In this document: piece after piece, positions 19,557 to 29,184 of the stretch
Position numbering within the stretch: the first letter of the stretch is position 1
Layout: each line of letters opens with the position of its first letter
DNA from: Candidatus Latescibacterota bacterium
GTDB lineage: Bacteria > Latescibacterota > UBA2968
Direction of reading: 5' to 3'
DNA length: 64,000 nt
Assembly: GCA_965205975.1 (NCBI GenBank)
Contig: OZ242195.1
Coordinates: forward strand, 3,104,001-3,168,000
Made by a program: the position numbers and the translations under genes
Notes under the pieces: generated by a model
Seen by the model: the letters and a program-made list of their open reading frames with translations, nothing else
Database searches by the model: none
Told to the model about the DNA's origin: nothing

Positions 19557-22500
19557 TTAAACTCGAGCAGCGTTATAGACCTCCTTGAGCAATGCGTCCA
19601 TGATGAAATCGCGCAGAGCTTTGTCAGACATAAAATCGTTCACAATCTTCTGGTTTCTGCCCTGCCGTTGAACAAATGCCTTCATCACCTCGGGTTCAAA
19701 AACCTGCTTAAACTGATCAATGGAATTGGCCTGAGCCTGTTCCGCAAGACGTGAATTTCGCGCCATATCGCCTGAAATCTGATCAAATAGCAACTTATCC
19801 TCATCCGTCCAACTGGTGCCAAACCGCTCGTTAATCACTTCAATAATAGATGATAGCGGTGTGGTACGGTCGTCTTTGACCTTTGCCGTACCAACATCAC
19901 CCACGCCCTGCACAAAATCTTTGTCCCCCACCTCCAATGCCCCGCTACCAGAAAATGTCATCTCGTTGCGATAGTGCGAAAGCGCAACTTCGTCGTCGAG
20001 TTCCAACATGCCCTCACCCAAACGGCGAGGCAGCTTGGTGAACAAATGCCGCGAGTATGCATAGAGCTTCTCCAGTTCGGTATCCTGCCATTCAATAATC
20101 TGACTCAAAAAGCCATACAGCCGTATAAAGCTCTGCAAGGTACTTTTGAAAATCTCGCCTTCTTCCGTGTATGCGTCCCCACCCGAACCCGGGACACCGT
20201 AAGATTGCTTGAATCGCTCCACAGCAGGATCGACCCATTTGTTGAGTTGCCCGTGATCATGCCTTGTTCGAAGTGATTGGAGCTTGAAATAAGTCCTGGC
20301 AAATTCCTCAATCTCCTCATCGCGTAACACGGGTTCGCTTTTCAGTCTTGCATCCAGCGTATAGAGATGATTGGGATCGGTTGGTTCATCGATCTCCGTC
20401 TGTTTGTAATACGGCTTGAACGCCTCTTTGATCTCATCGATCTCATTGGCAAAATCAAGCACAAATGTATCCACCTTCCCGCCTGCTGTGCGGTTGAGCC
20501 GCGACAAAGTCTGAACAGCTTTCAGGTCTGCAAGCCGCTTATCGACAAACATCGTATGCAACAGAGGTTGATCAAAACCAGTCTGATACTTCTCCGCCAC
20601 AATCAATATCTGATATTCGGGCGTAGCAAAATGGGCGGGCAATTCTCGTTCACTGATGCCGTTCATGCTCGCCTCTGTGTAATGCTTATCCTCGACATCT
20701 GGATCGACAACAGTTCCTGAAAATGCCACAAGCGTTTTGAGATCGGTATATCCTCTCGCCTCGATATATTTGTCAAAAGCCTGTTTGTAGCGCACCGCGT
20801 GTAACCGCGAGCGCGTAACAACCATCGCTTTCGCATTGCCATTGATCTTCTTGCGCGTAAAAGCCCGAAAATGCTCAACCATAATTTCCGTCTTCTGCGC
20901 GATATTGTGCGGATGCAAACTCATAAACCGGGCAATAGCCCGCTTCGCCTTGCTCTCATCCACCTCGGGATCGTCTTCAATCGCTTTGGACAATTTGTAA
21001 TACGTCCTGTACGTGGTATAATGCTTGAGCACATCGTGGATAAAGCCTTCTTCGATACCCTGACGCATAGCGTAAAGATGGAATGGCTGCGGATTGCCCT
21101 CTGCATCGCGCACGCCAAACATTTCGAGCGTACGGTGTTTGGGCGTAGCCGTAAAAGCGTAAAAATTGATATTCGGCTGTGGTCCCCGGCGTTTGGCCTC
21201 CGCAAGAATCAAATCTTCCATATCGGGCGGATCTTCTCCCTCAGCCTCCTCAGCCTCTGCTTGCTCAAGCCCACCCAACACACCGCGCAAATTGCTCGCA
21301 CTTCGACCACCCTGGCTGCTATGAGCCTCATCCACAATCACCGCGAATGTCCTGTCTGACAGATCTTCCACCTTACCCATCAAAAAAGAGAATTTTTGCA
21401 GCGTCGTAATGATGATCTTTGTTCCCTTATTGAGTTCATCGGCCAGATCACTCGAATTGCGATCCTCATCAATCTTGACAACCACGCCCTGCTTGTGTTC
21501 GATCTGATAAATATTATCCTGCAACTGCTTATCCAGATTGCGCCTGTCGGAAACAACCACAACCGAATTAAAAATAGGCGCGTCCGCATCATCGTGGATA
21601 CTGGCAAGCTGATGGGCAAGCCACGAAATCGTATTGGTCTTACCCGACCCGGCACTGTGCTGAATCAGATGTGTGCCCACACCTTTGGCTCTGGTATCTG
21701 CGATCAGATTGCGAACAGCGGTAAGCTGGTGATAGCGGGGAAAAATGAGGGTTTCTTCAGTGGTAGTTTTGCGCGTGGTGACGTCGGTACTTTTTTCCAC
21801 ATGAAGGTGGATAAATCTGTGGATAATATCCAGCCAACTATCGCGCTGCCAGATTTCTTCCCAGAGATACCCAGTCTTGTATCCCGTCTCATACTGGTGA
21901 TCGTCTGGATTGCCCTTGCCACCTTTGTTACCCGTGTTAAAAGGTAGGAAGAAAGTCTTATCACCCGAAAGCCGCGTAGTCATATACACGTCATCGGTAT
22001 CGACGGCAAAATGCACCAGCGCACGTTTTTTGAACTGGATAAGGGGGGTTCTGACGGTGGGAACACGGTCCTTGATATATTGCTGAATAGCGTGACCCGT
22101 ACGCTGCCCTGTAAAAGCGTTTTTGAGTTCAACCGTAGCAATGGGCAGGCCATTGAGCGACAAGAGCATATCTATCGAATTATTTCTATCCACATCATAA
22201 CGCACCTGTCGCATCACCGTGAGACGATTCTGATTATAGCGTTTTTCCGTTTCGATATTCAGACGAGTCGGCGGACGAAAATACGCCAGATGCAGATGTT
22301 GCCCCCGGTCGCGCACGCCATTCCGCACCACATCGAGCAATCCGCGCTTATCACACTCAGAGGCAATCCGCTTGACGACCGCCTCCTCCACCGCGTTGCC
22401 ATAGCTCCTTTTGAGCGCGTCCATAGTATCGGACTGCGTCTCATTGAGAAACGCGAGCAACGTGTGTTTGTCCAGACCGAGTGCAGGATCAAACTGGCGA

Positions 22501-22589
22501 TTATCGGCTTTGGCATATCCAGCGCGATCTACCAGCCACGCCTCAATCGCGTCCTCAAAGTCTTTTTCAGATGTGGGTTTGCGTGTCAT
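19557..22589 (-). CDS. hsdR: Type I restriction enzyme R subunit
   Basis: Nuclease motif IDMLLSLNGLPIATVELKN; helicase motifs QHSAGSGKT, DEAH, FTATP, QTLSRLNR. Confidence 0.96.
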   Translation of the reverse strand: MTRKPTSEKDFEDAIEAWLVDRAGYAKADNRQFDPALGLDKHTLLAFLNETQSDTMDALKRSYGNAVEEAVVKRIASECDKRGLLDVVRNGVRDRGQHLHLAYFRPPTRLNIETEKRYNQNRLTVMRQVRYDVDRNNSIDMLLSLNGLPIATVELKNAFTGQRTGHAIQQYIKDRVPTVRTPLIQFKKRALVHFAVDTDDVYMTTRLSGDKTFFLPFNTGNKGGKGNPDDHQYETGYKTGYLWEEIWQRDSWLDIIHRFIHLHVEKSTDVTTRKTTTEETLIFPRYHQLTAVRNLIADTRAKGVGTHLIQHSAGSGKTNTISWLAHQLASIHDDADAPIFNSVVVVSDRRNLDKQLQDNIYQIEHKQGVVVKIDEDRNSSDLADELNKGTKIIITTLQKFSFLMGKVEDLSDRTFAVIVDEAHSSQGGRSASNLRGVLGGLEQAEAEEAEGEDPPDMEDLILAEAKRRGPQPNINFYAFTATPKHRTLEMFGVRDAEGNPQPFHLYAMRQGIEEGFIHDVLKHYTTYRTYYKLSKAIEDDPEVDESKAKRAIARFMSLHPHNIAQKTEIMVEHFRAFTRKKINGNAKAMVVTRSRLHAVRYKQAFDKYIEARGYTDLKTLVAFSGTVVDPDVEDKHYTEASMNGISERELPAHFATPEYQILIVAEKYQTGFDQPLLHTMFVDKRLADLKAVQTLSRLNRTAGGKVDTFVLDFANEIDEIKEAFKPYYKQTEIDEPTDPNHLYTLDARLKSEPVLRDEEIEEFARTYFKLQSLRTRHDHGQLNKWVDPAVERFKQSYGVPGSGGDAYTEEGEIFKSTLQSFIRLYGFLSQIIEWQDTELEKLYAYSRHLFTKLPRRLGEGMLELDDEVALSHYRNEMTFSGSGALEVGDKDFVQGVGDVGTAKVKDDRTTPLSSIIEVINERFGTSWTDEDKLLFDQISGDMARNSRLAEQAQANSIDQFKQVFEPEVMKAFVQRQGRNQKIVNDFMSDKALRDFIMDALLKEVYNAARV

Positions 22590-22609
22590 TGTGAAAGATC
22601 AGGAAATAT

Positions 22610-23214
22610 TCAACTTTTCAGCGAAAGTTCAACCAGCTTTCCGCTCTCGTTATTCTCCCTAATCAGCAGTTCGATGAGATTACCACTTTCCCTCGCTGTT
22701 CGTCGCATCGCCTTTTCTTTTTTATAGAACCTACGTCATGTGTGACTTCAAGATCAGTGGTCAGATGAGCCCTGTCATTCTGAGCGGAGCGCAGCGGAGT
22801 CGAAGAATCTGCTGCTTGAACGGTGTTTATGGGTAACAGATGCTTCGTCAGCCTATCGGCTTCCTCAGCATGACATGGTGTAGTAGCACATTTACTTTTA
22901 AAGTCACATATCGCGTAGAACCTATTGATCCCAATCGGCAACACGCCACCTAACAAGGCACTCAGCGCTGCCGTGCCATAGTAATCGAAAGGGACAAAGG
23001 ACTTCCACAATTCGCAAATAAAGGGAAAATGGAGATTAAAAAAGAAAATAACCATCACGCGCGCAACGGCGACTAACAAGCAACCTACGATGGCAGACTT
23101 AAATAAGACATGGTAACCCGAATCCCGGAGCACGCCATAGCGTGTATAGTAAAGTCTCGTCAGAAACCAGTAACCGCCGAGAGTGGGAATAAAAAGTAAC
23201 CCAAGGCTACCCAA
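22610..23214 (-). pseudogene. Small membrane protein interrupted by a MITE
   Basis: Three TM helices up to ...PIGINRFY. Removing 22734-22924 restores the frame to RFYKKEKAMRRTARESGNLIELLIRENNESGKLVELSLKS*. Confidence 0.75.
22734..22915. mobile_element. 182-bp MITE with a 9-bp target-site duplication
   Basis: Flanked by the direct repeat TAGAACCTA (22725-22733, 22916-22924). Imperfect terminal inverted repeats CGTCATGTGTGACTTCAA / CGCGATATGTGACTTTAA (14/18). Internal palindrome TGTCATTCTGAGC...CTCAGCATGACA (22773-22875). Confidence 0.85.
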
Positions 23215-23249
23215 TGGGAATACCTCGTGATAGAATGATTATCGGTTTT

Positions 23250-23426
23250 CTATTCTTGGTCTTTCGGCGACGTTTCTGATGACTTTCGCTCAACGGGAAT
23301 ATCTGCCATTTTTTTTATAATTTCACGCACCTGGGGACTGGCAAGCAATTCATCTGCTTTGACATACTGACCGCCCCTTGGGGTTACGTATATCTTCAGT
23401 CCTTCTTCTGATGTGTTCTTAGACAT
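23250..23426 (-). CDS. 58-aa hypothetical protein (copy 1)
   Basis: MSKNTSEEGLKIYVTPRGGQYVKADELLASPQVREIIKKM...; AGGAGGGG RBS; same-length paralog at 23973-24149. Confidence 0.7.
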   Translation of the reverse strand: MSKNTSEEGLKIYVTPRGGQYVKADELLASPQVREIIKKMADIPVERKSSETSPKDQE

Positions 23427-23463
23427 GGATGGCCCCTCCTGAAGTTCGATGAACAAAGTCCGG

Positions 23464-23913
23464 TCAGTCAGAATCCGAAACGAAAAAGAAATTAATTGCC
23501 TTAAAGACATCTTGATCTAATTGCTTCATAACCAATGCATAGAAATCAAACTCTGTCTCCACCATCAGGTCGTCCTGGTCTTCTGGCACAGCTACGACAA
23601 TGAGGTTCTCAGCGGTATCAATGGAGATTTGCACATTCCAATTCAACTCGGAGGCAGCAGCCTCAACAACAGAGCGCACTTGACCCCAGGCGACGCGAAC
23701 AGGCACAGGATGTAGATGTGACCACGCGGCGTCTTCCTCTGGACGATCCCAGTCTTCGGCAAGTGCGGCTTCACTGAGCAATGCCGTTTCAGGACTATCT
23801 CGCTCATCATCAAGAATCGTCACATAAGCCCGTCGTGGTTTTGACAACTGGATAGGCTGTAATAACTGCACATTGCCCTGTTCATCAATCGTAGCTTCAA
23901 TGGTTTGTCGCAT
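23464..23913 (-). CDS. Chimeric protein: antitoxin-like N-terminus fused to a HEPN-partner C-terminal domain
   Basis: N-terminus MRQTIEATIDEQG...LLSEAALAEDWDRPEEDAAWSHL resembles small TA antitoxins; the C-terminus is nearly identical to that of 28463-29059. Confidence 0.65.
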   Translation of the reverse strand: MRQTIEATIDEQGNVQLLQPIQLSKPRRAYVTILDDERDSPETALLSEAALAEDWDRPEEDAAWSHLHPVPVRVAWGQVRSVVEAAASELNWNVQISIDTAENLIVVAVPEDQDDLMVETEFDFYALVMKQLDQDVFKAINFFFVSDSD

Positions 23914-23972
23914 TTTTGACGCCTTGGTCCTGTCCTGATTCTGTAACTGAATCTCGAATGATTATCGGTTTT

Positions 23973-24149
23973 CTATCCGCGGTCTTTTGGCGACATGTCT
24001 GATGATTTTCGCTCAATAGAAATTTGCGTCATTTTTTTAATTGCTTTACGTACCTTGGGACTCTTGAGGACCTCATCTGCTTTAACATATCTTGCCCCCC
24101 TTGGGGTTACATATATCTTTGGCCCTTCTTCTAATGAGTTCTTGGACAT
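23973..24149 (-). CDS. 58-aa hypothetical protein (copy 2; not in ORF track)
   Basis: My translation: MSKNSLEEGPKIYVTPRGARYVKADEVLKSPKVRKAIKKMTQISIERKSSDMSPKDRG*; AAGGAG RBS. Confidence 0.7.
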   Translation of the reverse strand: MSKNSLEEGPKIYVTPRGARYVKADEVLKSPKVRKAIKKMTQISIERKSSDMSPKDRG

Positions 24150-24223
24150 AGGATTGTGCTCCTTAATAAATGCTGCCGTTTTCTGGATCGTTAGAAATCG
24201 TCAGGTATAAAATGTCTTCTTGC

Positions 24224-26035
24224 TCATATCTCTTCCGGAAAAATGATTCCCCGCCAAAACTTTGGTGGCAATGGAGATTGATGTTTAATACAGGCAAGAA
24301 TTAAAGCTGCACGAGGAACCTCAATAAATGCCTTTGGTGGAAATTTTTCTCTACACTGTCTCACGAAATCTTGAATTTTTTCAGCCAAAGACCGTTGATC
24401 ATTTGGATGAAATTCAAAATTATGAGTCATAATTGCTGTCCCATCAGTAACAGGTTCACGAAGAATCCGCACGTCCCAATCATCCGGAGGTATCCATCCA
24501 AGCAAATCTATTTTATTATTATCAAGAGGCTGTCCATCTGCACCTACTCCCTTTACAATCTGCTCAAAGTACCGCTCTAATAACTCATCTCGCTGGCTTT
24601 CTTCAAGCGAAAAGCACAATTCTAAAATCATCAGCAGAAGATATGAACTCCCATCAGTAAATTCTGGGGGACGTTTAGAAGTGGCTGCAAACTCAGCGAC
24701 TAAATCCGTCCTGTTTCGGGCCTCAATGAATGGTAGCCTATTCATTTCTACTCTTCTTGTAAGCAGACAATTTTCCAGACTTCCGAGCCATTCGTACATC
24801 TCGTTCTGGCCTTTTACCTGCCATAACATCAACCATACCAAAAATAACTCAACATGATGAACATCCAACAAGGGCCGCAATGCAGCGGGATTATTATAGA
24901 AAAACTCACCAAGCCATTCGACATTTCGCTTCAAATGCTTTTTGAAATTTTCCCTGTGCTTACCCTGGGTGTCCCAGAATTGCTGTGGGGCATAGTTCAA
25001 TATTCCCAACCGACCCAGATGCCAATAAGCAATATAAGCATCTCGGACTGCTCCCAATTGACCAATATCGCGCCCTCTATCTCTCCCAGCTAATCCGTGT
25101 TCTGTAGTCAAAGCATCCTGTACCGCGAAAAAGTATCTTGTCAATTCCTCGACATAAAAGTTAAGCCAAATATTAGCTACGATGTCCTTTAATTCTTTCG
25201 CTTTCAAATCTCGACAGGTATCCCACAGAGCCAGCATAGCCCATTCAATTAAATCAATCCATCCCGGATAGCTATTGGGCGTTTTTTTTCTGTACTCGTA
25301 GATAATCGTCAGAGCAACGGGCACAAGTTGCAATTTTCGCTTATCTATCGGGGGTTCTAACACCTTACTGAGAAAATATCTCCATTGGGGAACCAATTGA
25401 TTTTCCCATTCTGCAGACCCGAAATCAAAGTCGCCCACTTGCAAACAAATATACTGTAACGCGCTCGATAAGTGCTGTGGCATCAACTCGGGCGAGAGAA
25501 GATTGCTTCTCACCTCTTTTACCAACCTTGTAAGATGCCACCTCTCAAAAGTCAACTTAACACCATCACTCCGCGTTTTTCCGAGAGATTCGGTTAGTCG
25601 TTCAAAAAGTTCAATCCCTGTGTTATCTTCATCTTTATTATATGCGAGTATGATCTTGACCTCCCCTACCGCCTCAAATCCCAATTTCTTTAAATCTATA
25701 GTGGATGCCTTTCGTAACTCTGGGTCAAAATTATGATTTGTCCAGTTGCTATTAGTCAGTGCTTCGTCCTTAAGTACAAAAATGATGAGTTCTTGACTAC
25801 TCTCACTAAGAAAAGCGAGATCAATTCCTAATTCCGCTTCAGTCTTTGTCTTTGGCGTTTCAGGACTCGGTGCCCTAAAAAACGGCAACCGAACCGGTGT
25901 CCAGTTTTTTGCAATAGCCAGATTATAAATTACCCAGTCAAAACCTACTTTAATACCTTTCTTTTCGTCTCTCGTTCTCTCTAACAAACTCGTCAGATAT
26001 TTACTCAAAAAAGGAGTGAGGTCATTACTTTGCAT
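24224..26035 (-). CDS. ~603-aa protein with a putative N-terminal PD-(D/E)xK nuclease domain; candidate defence effector
   Basis: TEAELGIDLAF...ELIIFVLKD resembles a restriction-endonuclease-like core; ATG 26035 overlaps the end of the upstream 649-aa gene; AT-rich. Confidence 0.6.
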   Translation of the reverse strand: MQSNDLTPFLSKYLTSLLERTRDEKKGIKVGFDWVIYNLAIAKNWTPVRLPFFRAPSPETPKTKTEAELGIDLAFLSESSQELIIFVLKDEALTNSNWTNHNFDPELRKASTIDLKKLGFEAVGEVKIILAYNKDEDNTGIELFERLTESLGKTRSDGVKLTFERWHLTRLVKEVRSNLLSPELMPQHLSSALQYICLQVGDFDFGSAEWENQLVPQWRYFLSKVLEPPIDKRKLQLVPVALTIIYEYRKKTPNSYPGWIDLIEWAMLALWDTCRDLKAKELKDIVANIWLNFYVEELTRYFFAVQDALTTEHGLAGRDRGRDIGQLGAVRDAYIAYWHLGRLGILNYAPQQFWDTQGKHRENFKKHLKRNVEWLGEFFYNNPAALRPLLDVHHVELFLVWLMLWQVKGQNEMYEWLGSLENCLLTRRVEMNRLPFIEARNRTDLVAEFAATSKRPPEFTDGSSYLLLMILELCFSLEESQRDELLERYFEQIVKGVGADGQPLDNNKIDLLGWIPPDDWDVRILREPVTDGTAIMTHNFEFHPNDQRSLAEKIQDFVRQCREKFPPKAFIEVPRAALILACIKHQSPLPPKFWRGIIFPEEI

Positions 26036-27974
26036 TTTCCATTTCCTCAGTTTGTAACCGCCGTATATTTTCGGCAGCAATCATTCTCCGCTGTGCCATA
26101 ATCTCTGGCATGAGAACTTCAAGGCGTGGCAATTCCATTTGGTGGGAAAAACGATTCATCGGAAAAGGATCTCCTGGTCCGTCCTGCTCTCCTTGTCCCA
26201 GAACACACACATTGTCCCCATAAATCAGATCTACGCTTGTCAAAAGTTGTGATATCAATGATCGGTCATGAGCACCTTGTGAAACCCGATGTGAAAAATC
26301 TCGGTATCCTTTCTCAGCCGTCTCAACAAAATTTGGGAATTGAAAACTGTTTGCAGGAGAGTTGTGAACTTTCTTCAGATCTTCAAAATAGCCATCTGCT
26401 TTTGCTATGACTCGTTTAAGTAAATCTGATGGCTTTTCCACCTCTTTCCATTTTTTTAAGCACGAACCCGGATAGTTCATTGCCTGTAAGACCATCTCTC
26501 TCTCAAATGCATCCCGCAACTCCCTATCAGATGCATTCCGGAACAATGGCTCTAGAACCTGCAAGAAGTGTGCGATAGCCTCGCCATCAAAAAATGGCTT
26601 TCTGATAAATTCCCACAGTGCCAAGCGCAACTCAGTATTTGATATTTGCTTCATCACTTCATCGGATATTGTTTCAATCTTGATCTGCTCATAGAGAATA
26701 TTTCCCAGTCTTCTAATGGTATTGCTCTTAGAGAAAAGGCAGTCCGTTATAAACTGCGACATACCAACTCTGTCCATTTTTGAGACCAAATGTTCAAACT
26801 CATGATTTCTGAATAATTCGATCAAAGTCTCCGGATTTTTCTCGGCAATTTGCTTTAGAAGTTCGCCAAAATAGCTCGTATTTTCAAACAGCCGGTGAAC
26901 CAAATAACCTTCAACTTCTTTCCATATTCCGGTATATTTTTTTTCTATTGGCTGAATGCCAAGGATGAGCTTATTCGAGTCAGCAGTATCTATCAACTGC
27001 TTATCTCTCCCCTGGTAATCTCGTAATCGAGATACCATATCCACGACACTGAGCTTTGCGTCTGGTGACAATTCAGGTGATACATGTTTGGTCAACCATT
27101 TTAAAATAAAACAGGAAAATTCTTCTTCTATTTGTCCCAAACAAAGACGCCTTACAACATCAAAGGCTTCCTCCTGTTCTTCTTTTGTACCTTCCATCGC
27201 TGCGTCGAGTACCGAACGCAACTCGTCAATGGAAACGCCACCTCTTCCAAAGGTAGTTCTCCACGACCGATAGTAGCAAAGTCGCAATTCTGTTTTTGGG
27301 CCTGTCTTCAGTTCGATATCCCATTTGTTTACTGCTTCTTTAGATATTTTCTCTTCCGTAGATTTTGCACGTAGTACTCCCAGGATAATTGCCGCAAGGT
27401 GCAATCTCGTATCCTTGAGTCCATCGTTGATATATTGTCCGAATACGGTCAAACCAGCAGAGGAGAAATTGAAAGCATAGTTTTCAACCCCTCTAAAAAA
27501 ACTACCGCCCGCTAAATTTCCACTTACTGCGTCTCCAATTCTTAAAAACCAATCAGAAGCAAATACTGCGGGAACTTCGACATGCGCCAAAAACGTCGGT
27601 AATGCACTAATGTAATTCCAAAATGGAAATTCTTTCTCCTTAATCCACAGGTCTAAGAAAGATTCCCTGCTATGCGATGGCACCTGTTGGTACGCCTCGC
27701 CCCAAAGGATACCCATTAGTTGATAGCTCGATTCCTCAAACTCTAAACAAATAGGAATTTTTGAAAGTGTTTCGTAGAATTTATAGCTAACTTTAATCTC
27801 TTCGGGAAAAAGGATATTCAGTAACTCGGCTGCTCGCTCTTTATTTTCTTCGAGATATTGAATTTCTTTTTTTATTTTATCCTTTTTATCTGACAAACGT
27901 GCTTTAATATCATCCTGATCAACCCCCTGAGAAATGGATTGACACATCGCCAATATGTTCGCCAAATGTTTCAT
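26025..27974 (-). CDS. 649-aa hypothetical protein, probably mostly alpha-helical; candidate defence component
   Basis: Long intact ORF with GGAGG RBS, no recognisable motif, coupled to the downstream gene. Confidence 0.75.
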   Translation of the reverse strand: MKHLANILAMCQSISQGVDQDDIKARLSDKKDKIKKEIQYLEENKERAAELLNILFPEEIKVSYKFYETLSKIPICLEFEESSYQLMGILWGEAYQQVPSHSRESFLDLWIKEKEFPFWNYISALPTFLAHVEVPAVFASDWFLRIGDAVSGNLAGGSFFRGVENYAFNFSSAGLTVFGQYINDGLKDTRLHLAAIILGVLRAKSTEEKISKEAVNKWDIELKTGPKTELRLCYYRSWRTTFGRGGVSIDELRSVLDAAMEGTKEEQEEAFDVVRRLCLGQIEEEFSCFILKWLTKHVSPELSPDAKLSVVDMVSRLRDYQGRDKQLIDTADSNKLILGIQPIEKKYTGIWKEVEGYLVHRLFENTSYFGELLKQIAEKNPETLIELFRNHEFEHLVSKMDRVGMSQFITDCLFSKSNTIRRLGNILYEQIKIETISDEVMKQISNTELRLALWEFIRKPFFDGEAIAHFLQVLEPLFRNASDRELRDAFEREMVLQAMNYPGSCLKKWKEVEKPSDLLKRVIAKADGYFEDLKKVHNSPANSFQFPNFVETAEKGYRDFSHRVSQGAHDRSLISQLLTSVDLIYGDNVCVLGQGEQDGPGDPFPMNRFSHQMELPRLEVLMPEIMAQRRMIAAENIRRLQTEEMENAK

Positions 27975-28006
27975 ACGCCGAATTCCTCCATAATTTTCTC
28001 AGCCAT

Positions 28007-28432
28007 TCAAACCTTTCCCACCATTTCCGTAAAGTCTATATTCTGTAAATTTCTGATCTCCGCCTCAACACGTTTTAAAAGTTTCTCGGCGTTACGGGGT
28101 TTTGTAAAGTACCCATCCCAACGACCAACGGGTTCAAGCACGTAATCTGCCTGCTGACGTGCTTCATAAACCCGGCTAAGAATTTCGGCCAACCTGTTTA
28201 AGTCAGAGTTATTTGCCGAAGCCAAAGAATCCTTTAATTTTCCATGATCAATTCGATCATCACGACCATGGGAAGCACTGCCTTCCTGTACGCGTATTTC
28301 AGTTCTGATAGCAAGAAAAAGTGCATAATACGCTCGCCCAACTGCTGTTCTTATGCGAGCTTCTTTGTCAAGGCTACTAGGTCGTATTATTGATCGCCCA
28401 ACTTGGGCGAATAGTACTGGATCAAAACGCAT
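28007..28432 (-). CDS. HEPN-domain protein
   Basis: RTAVGRAYYALF, H-x3-L and RQQADY (R-x4-Y variant of the HEPN motif). Confidence 0.8.
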   Translation of the reverse strand: MRFDPVLFAQVGRSIIRPSSLDKEARIRTAVGRAYYALFLAIRTEIRVQEGSASHGRDDRIDHGKLKDSLASANNSDLNRLAEILSRVYEARQQADYVLEPVGRWDGYFTKPRNAEKLLKRVEAEIRNLQNIDFTEMVGKV

Positions 28433-28462
28433 AATAATTTGAAAGTACGATTAGTCGGAACT

Positions 28463-29059
28463 TTAAAGAAAAAAGAAATTAATCGCCTTGAAAATCTCTT
28501 TACGCAATTGTTTGATAATCAATGAGTAGAAATCAAATTCCGTCTCCACCATCAGGTCGTCCTGGTCCTCTGGTACAACTATTACAATGAGGTTTTCGGC
28601 AGTATCAATGGATATCTCAACATCCCAATTCAACTCTGAAGCGGCTGTCTCAACAACGGCACGCACATAACTCCAGTTGATGTTTACGTCAACAGCCTCG
28701 TCTCTAAATGCCTCCGGTTGATCTTGCAGTGTGTTTAAATGATTCTTTTGGAGATAGTTTATTCCTGATTGCACCTGCCGATCGAACAAGACCTTTCTTT
28801 CTTTTATCTGTTCAGTAAGTGAGTCGGCAGTAATTGGCAGAGAATCGGCTTCCTGCCATAAGTGTGTTTTAGTCTCTTGCAGCGAGGCACTGCTACCTAC
28901 TCGCGCCTGCCTATGGGCAGACACGGTGCCGTGTACCTGCCAGCCAGGATGGTGTATTCGAGTTGGTTCTAATTGGGATAATTTCTGTAACATCCGCTTG
29001 CTACTCCCATATATCTGATAGTATCCAATACAATCGGATGCTATCGCGTGGGTAATCAT
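28463..29059 (-). CDS. Hypothetical HEPN-partner (antitoxin-like) protein
   Basis: Directly upstream of the HEPN gene; acidic C-terminal domain duplicated at 23464-23680; start codon uncertain. Confidence 0.55.
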   Translation of the reverse strand: MITHAIASDCIGYYQIYGSSKRMLQKLSQLEPTRIHHPGWQVHGTVSAHRQARVGSSASLQETKTHLWQEADSLPITADSLTEQIKERKVLFDRQVQSGINYLQKNHLNTLQDQPEAFRDEAVDVNINWSYVRAVVETAASELNWDVEISIDTAENLIVIVVPEDQDDLMVETEFDFYSLIIKQLRKEIFKAINFFFL

Positions 29060-29184
29060 TCTATTCCGGCTTCACAGACAACAGCCTCCATTACGGCCAC
29101 ATCTTACATTGTCTGCACAGGCAGAAGAGGAAAAATTCATTGCTCTATATAAACATAGCGATTCTATGTACATCTTTCAAGGGT

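Noticed and set aside
22663..23214. 183-aa ORF as an intact gene
   Set aside because: Its C-terminal half is read through a MITE bounded by a 9-bp TSD.
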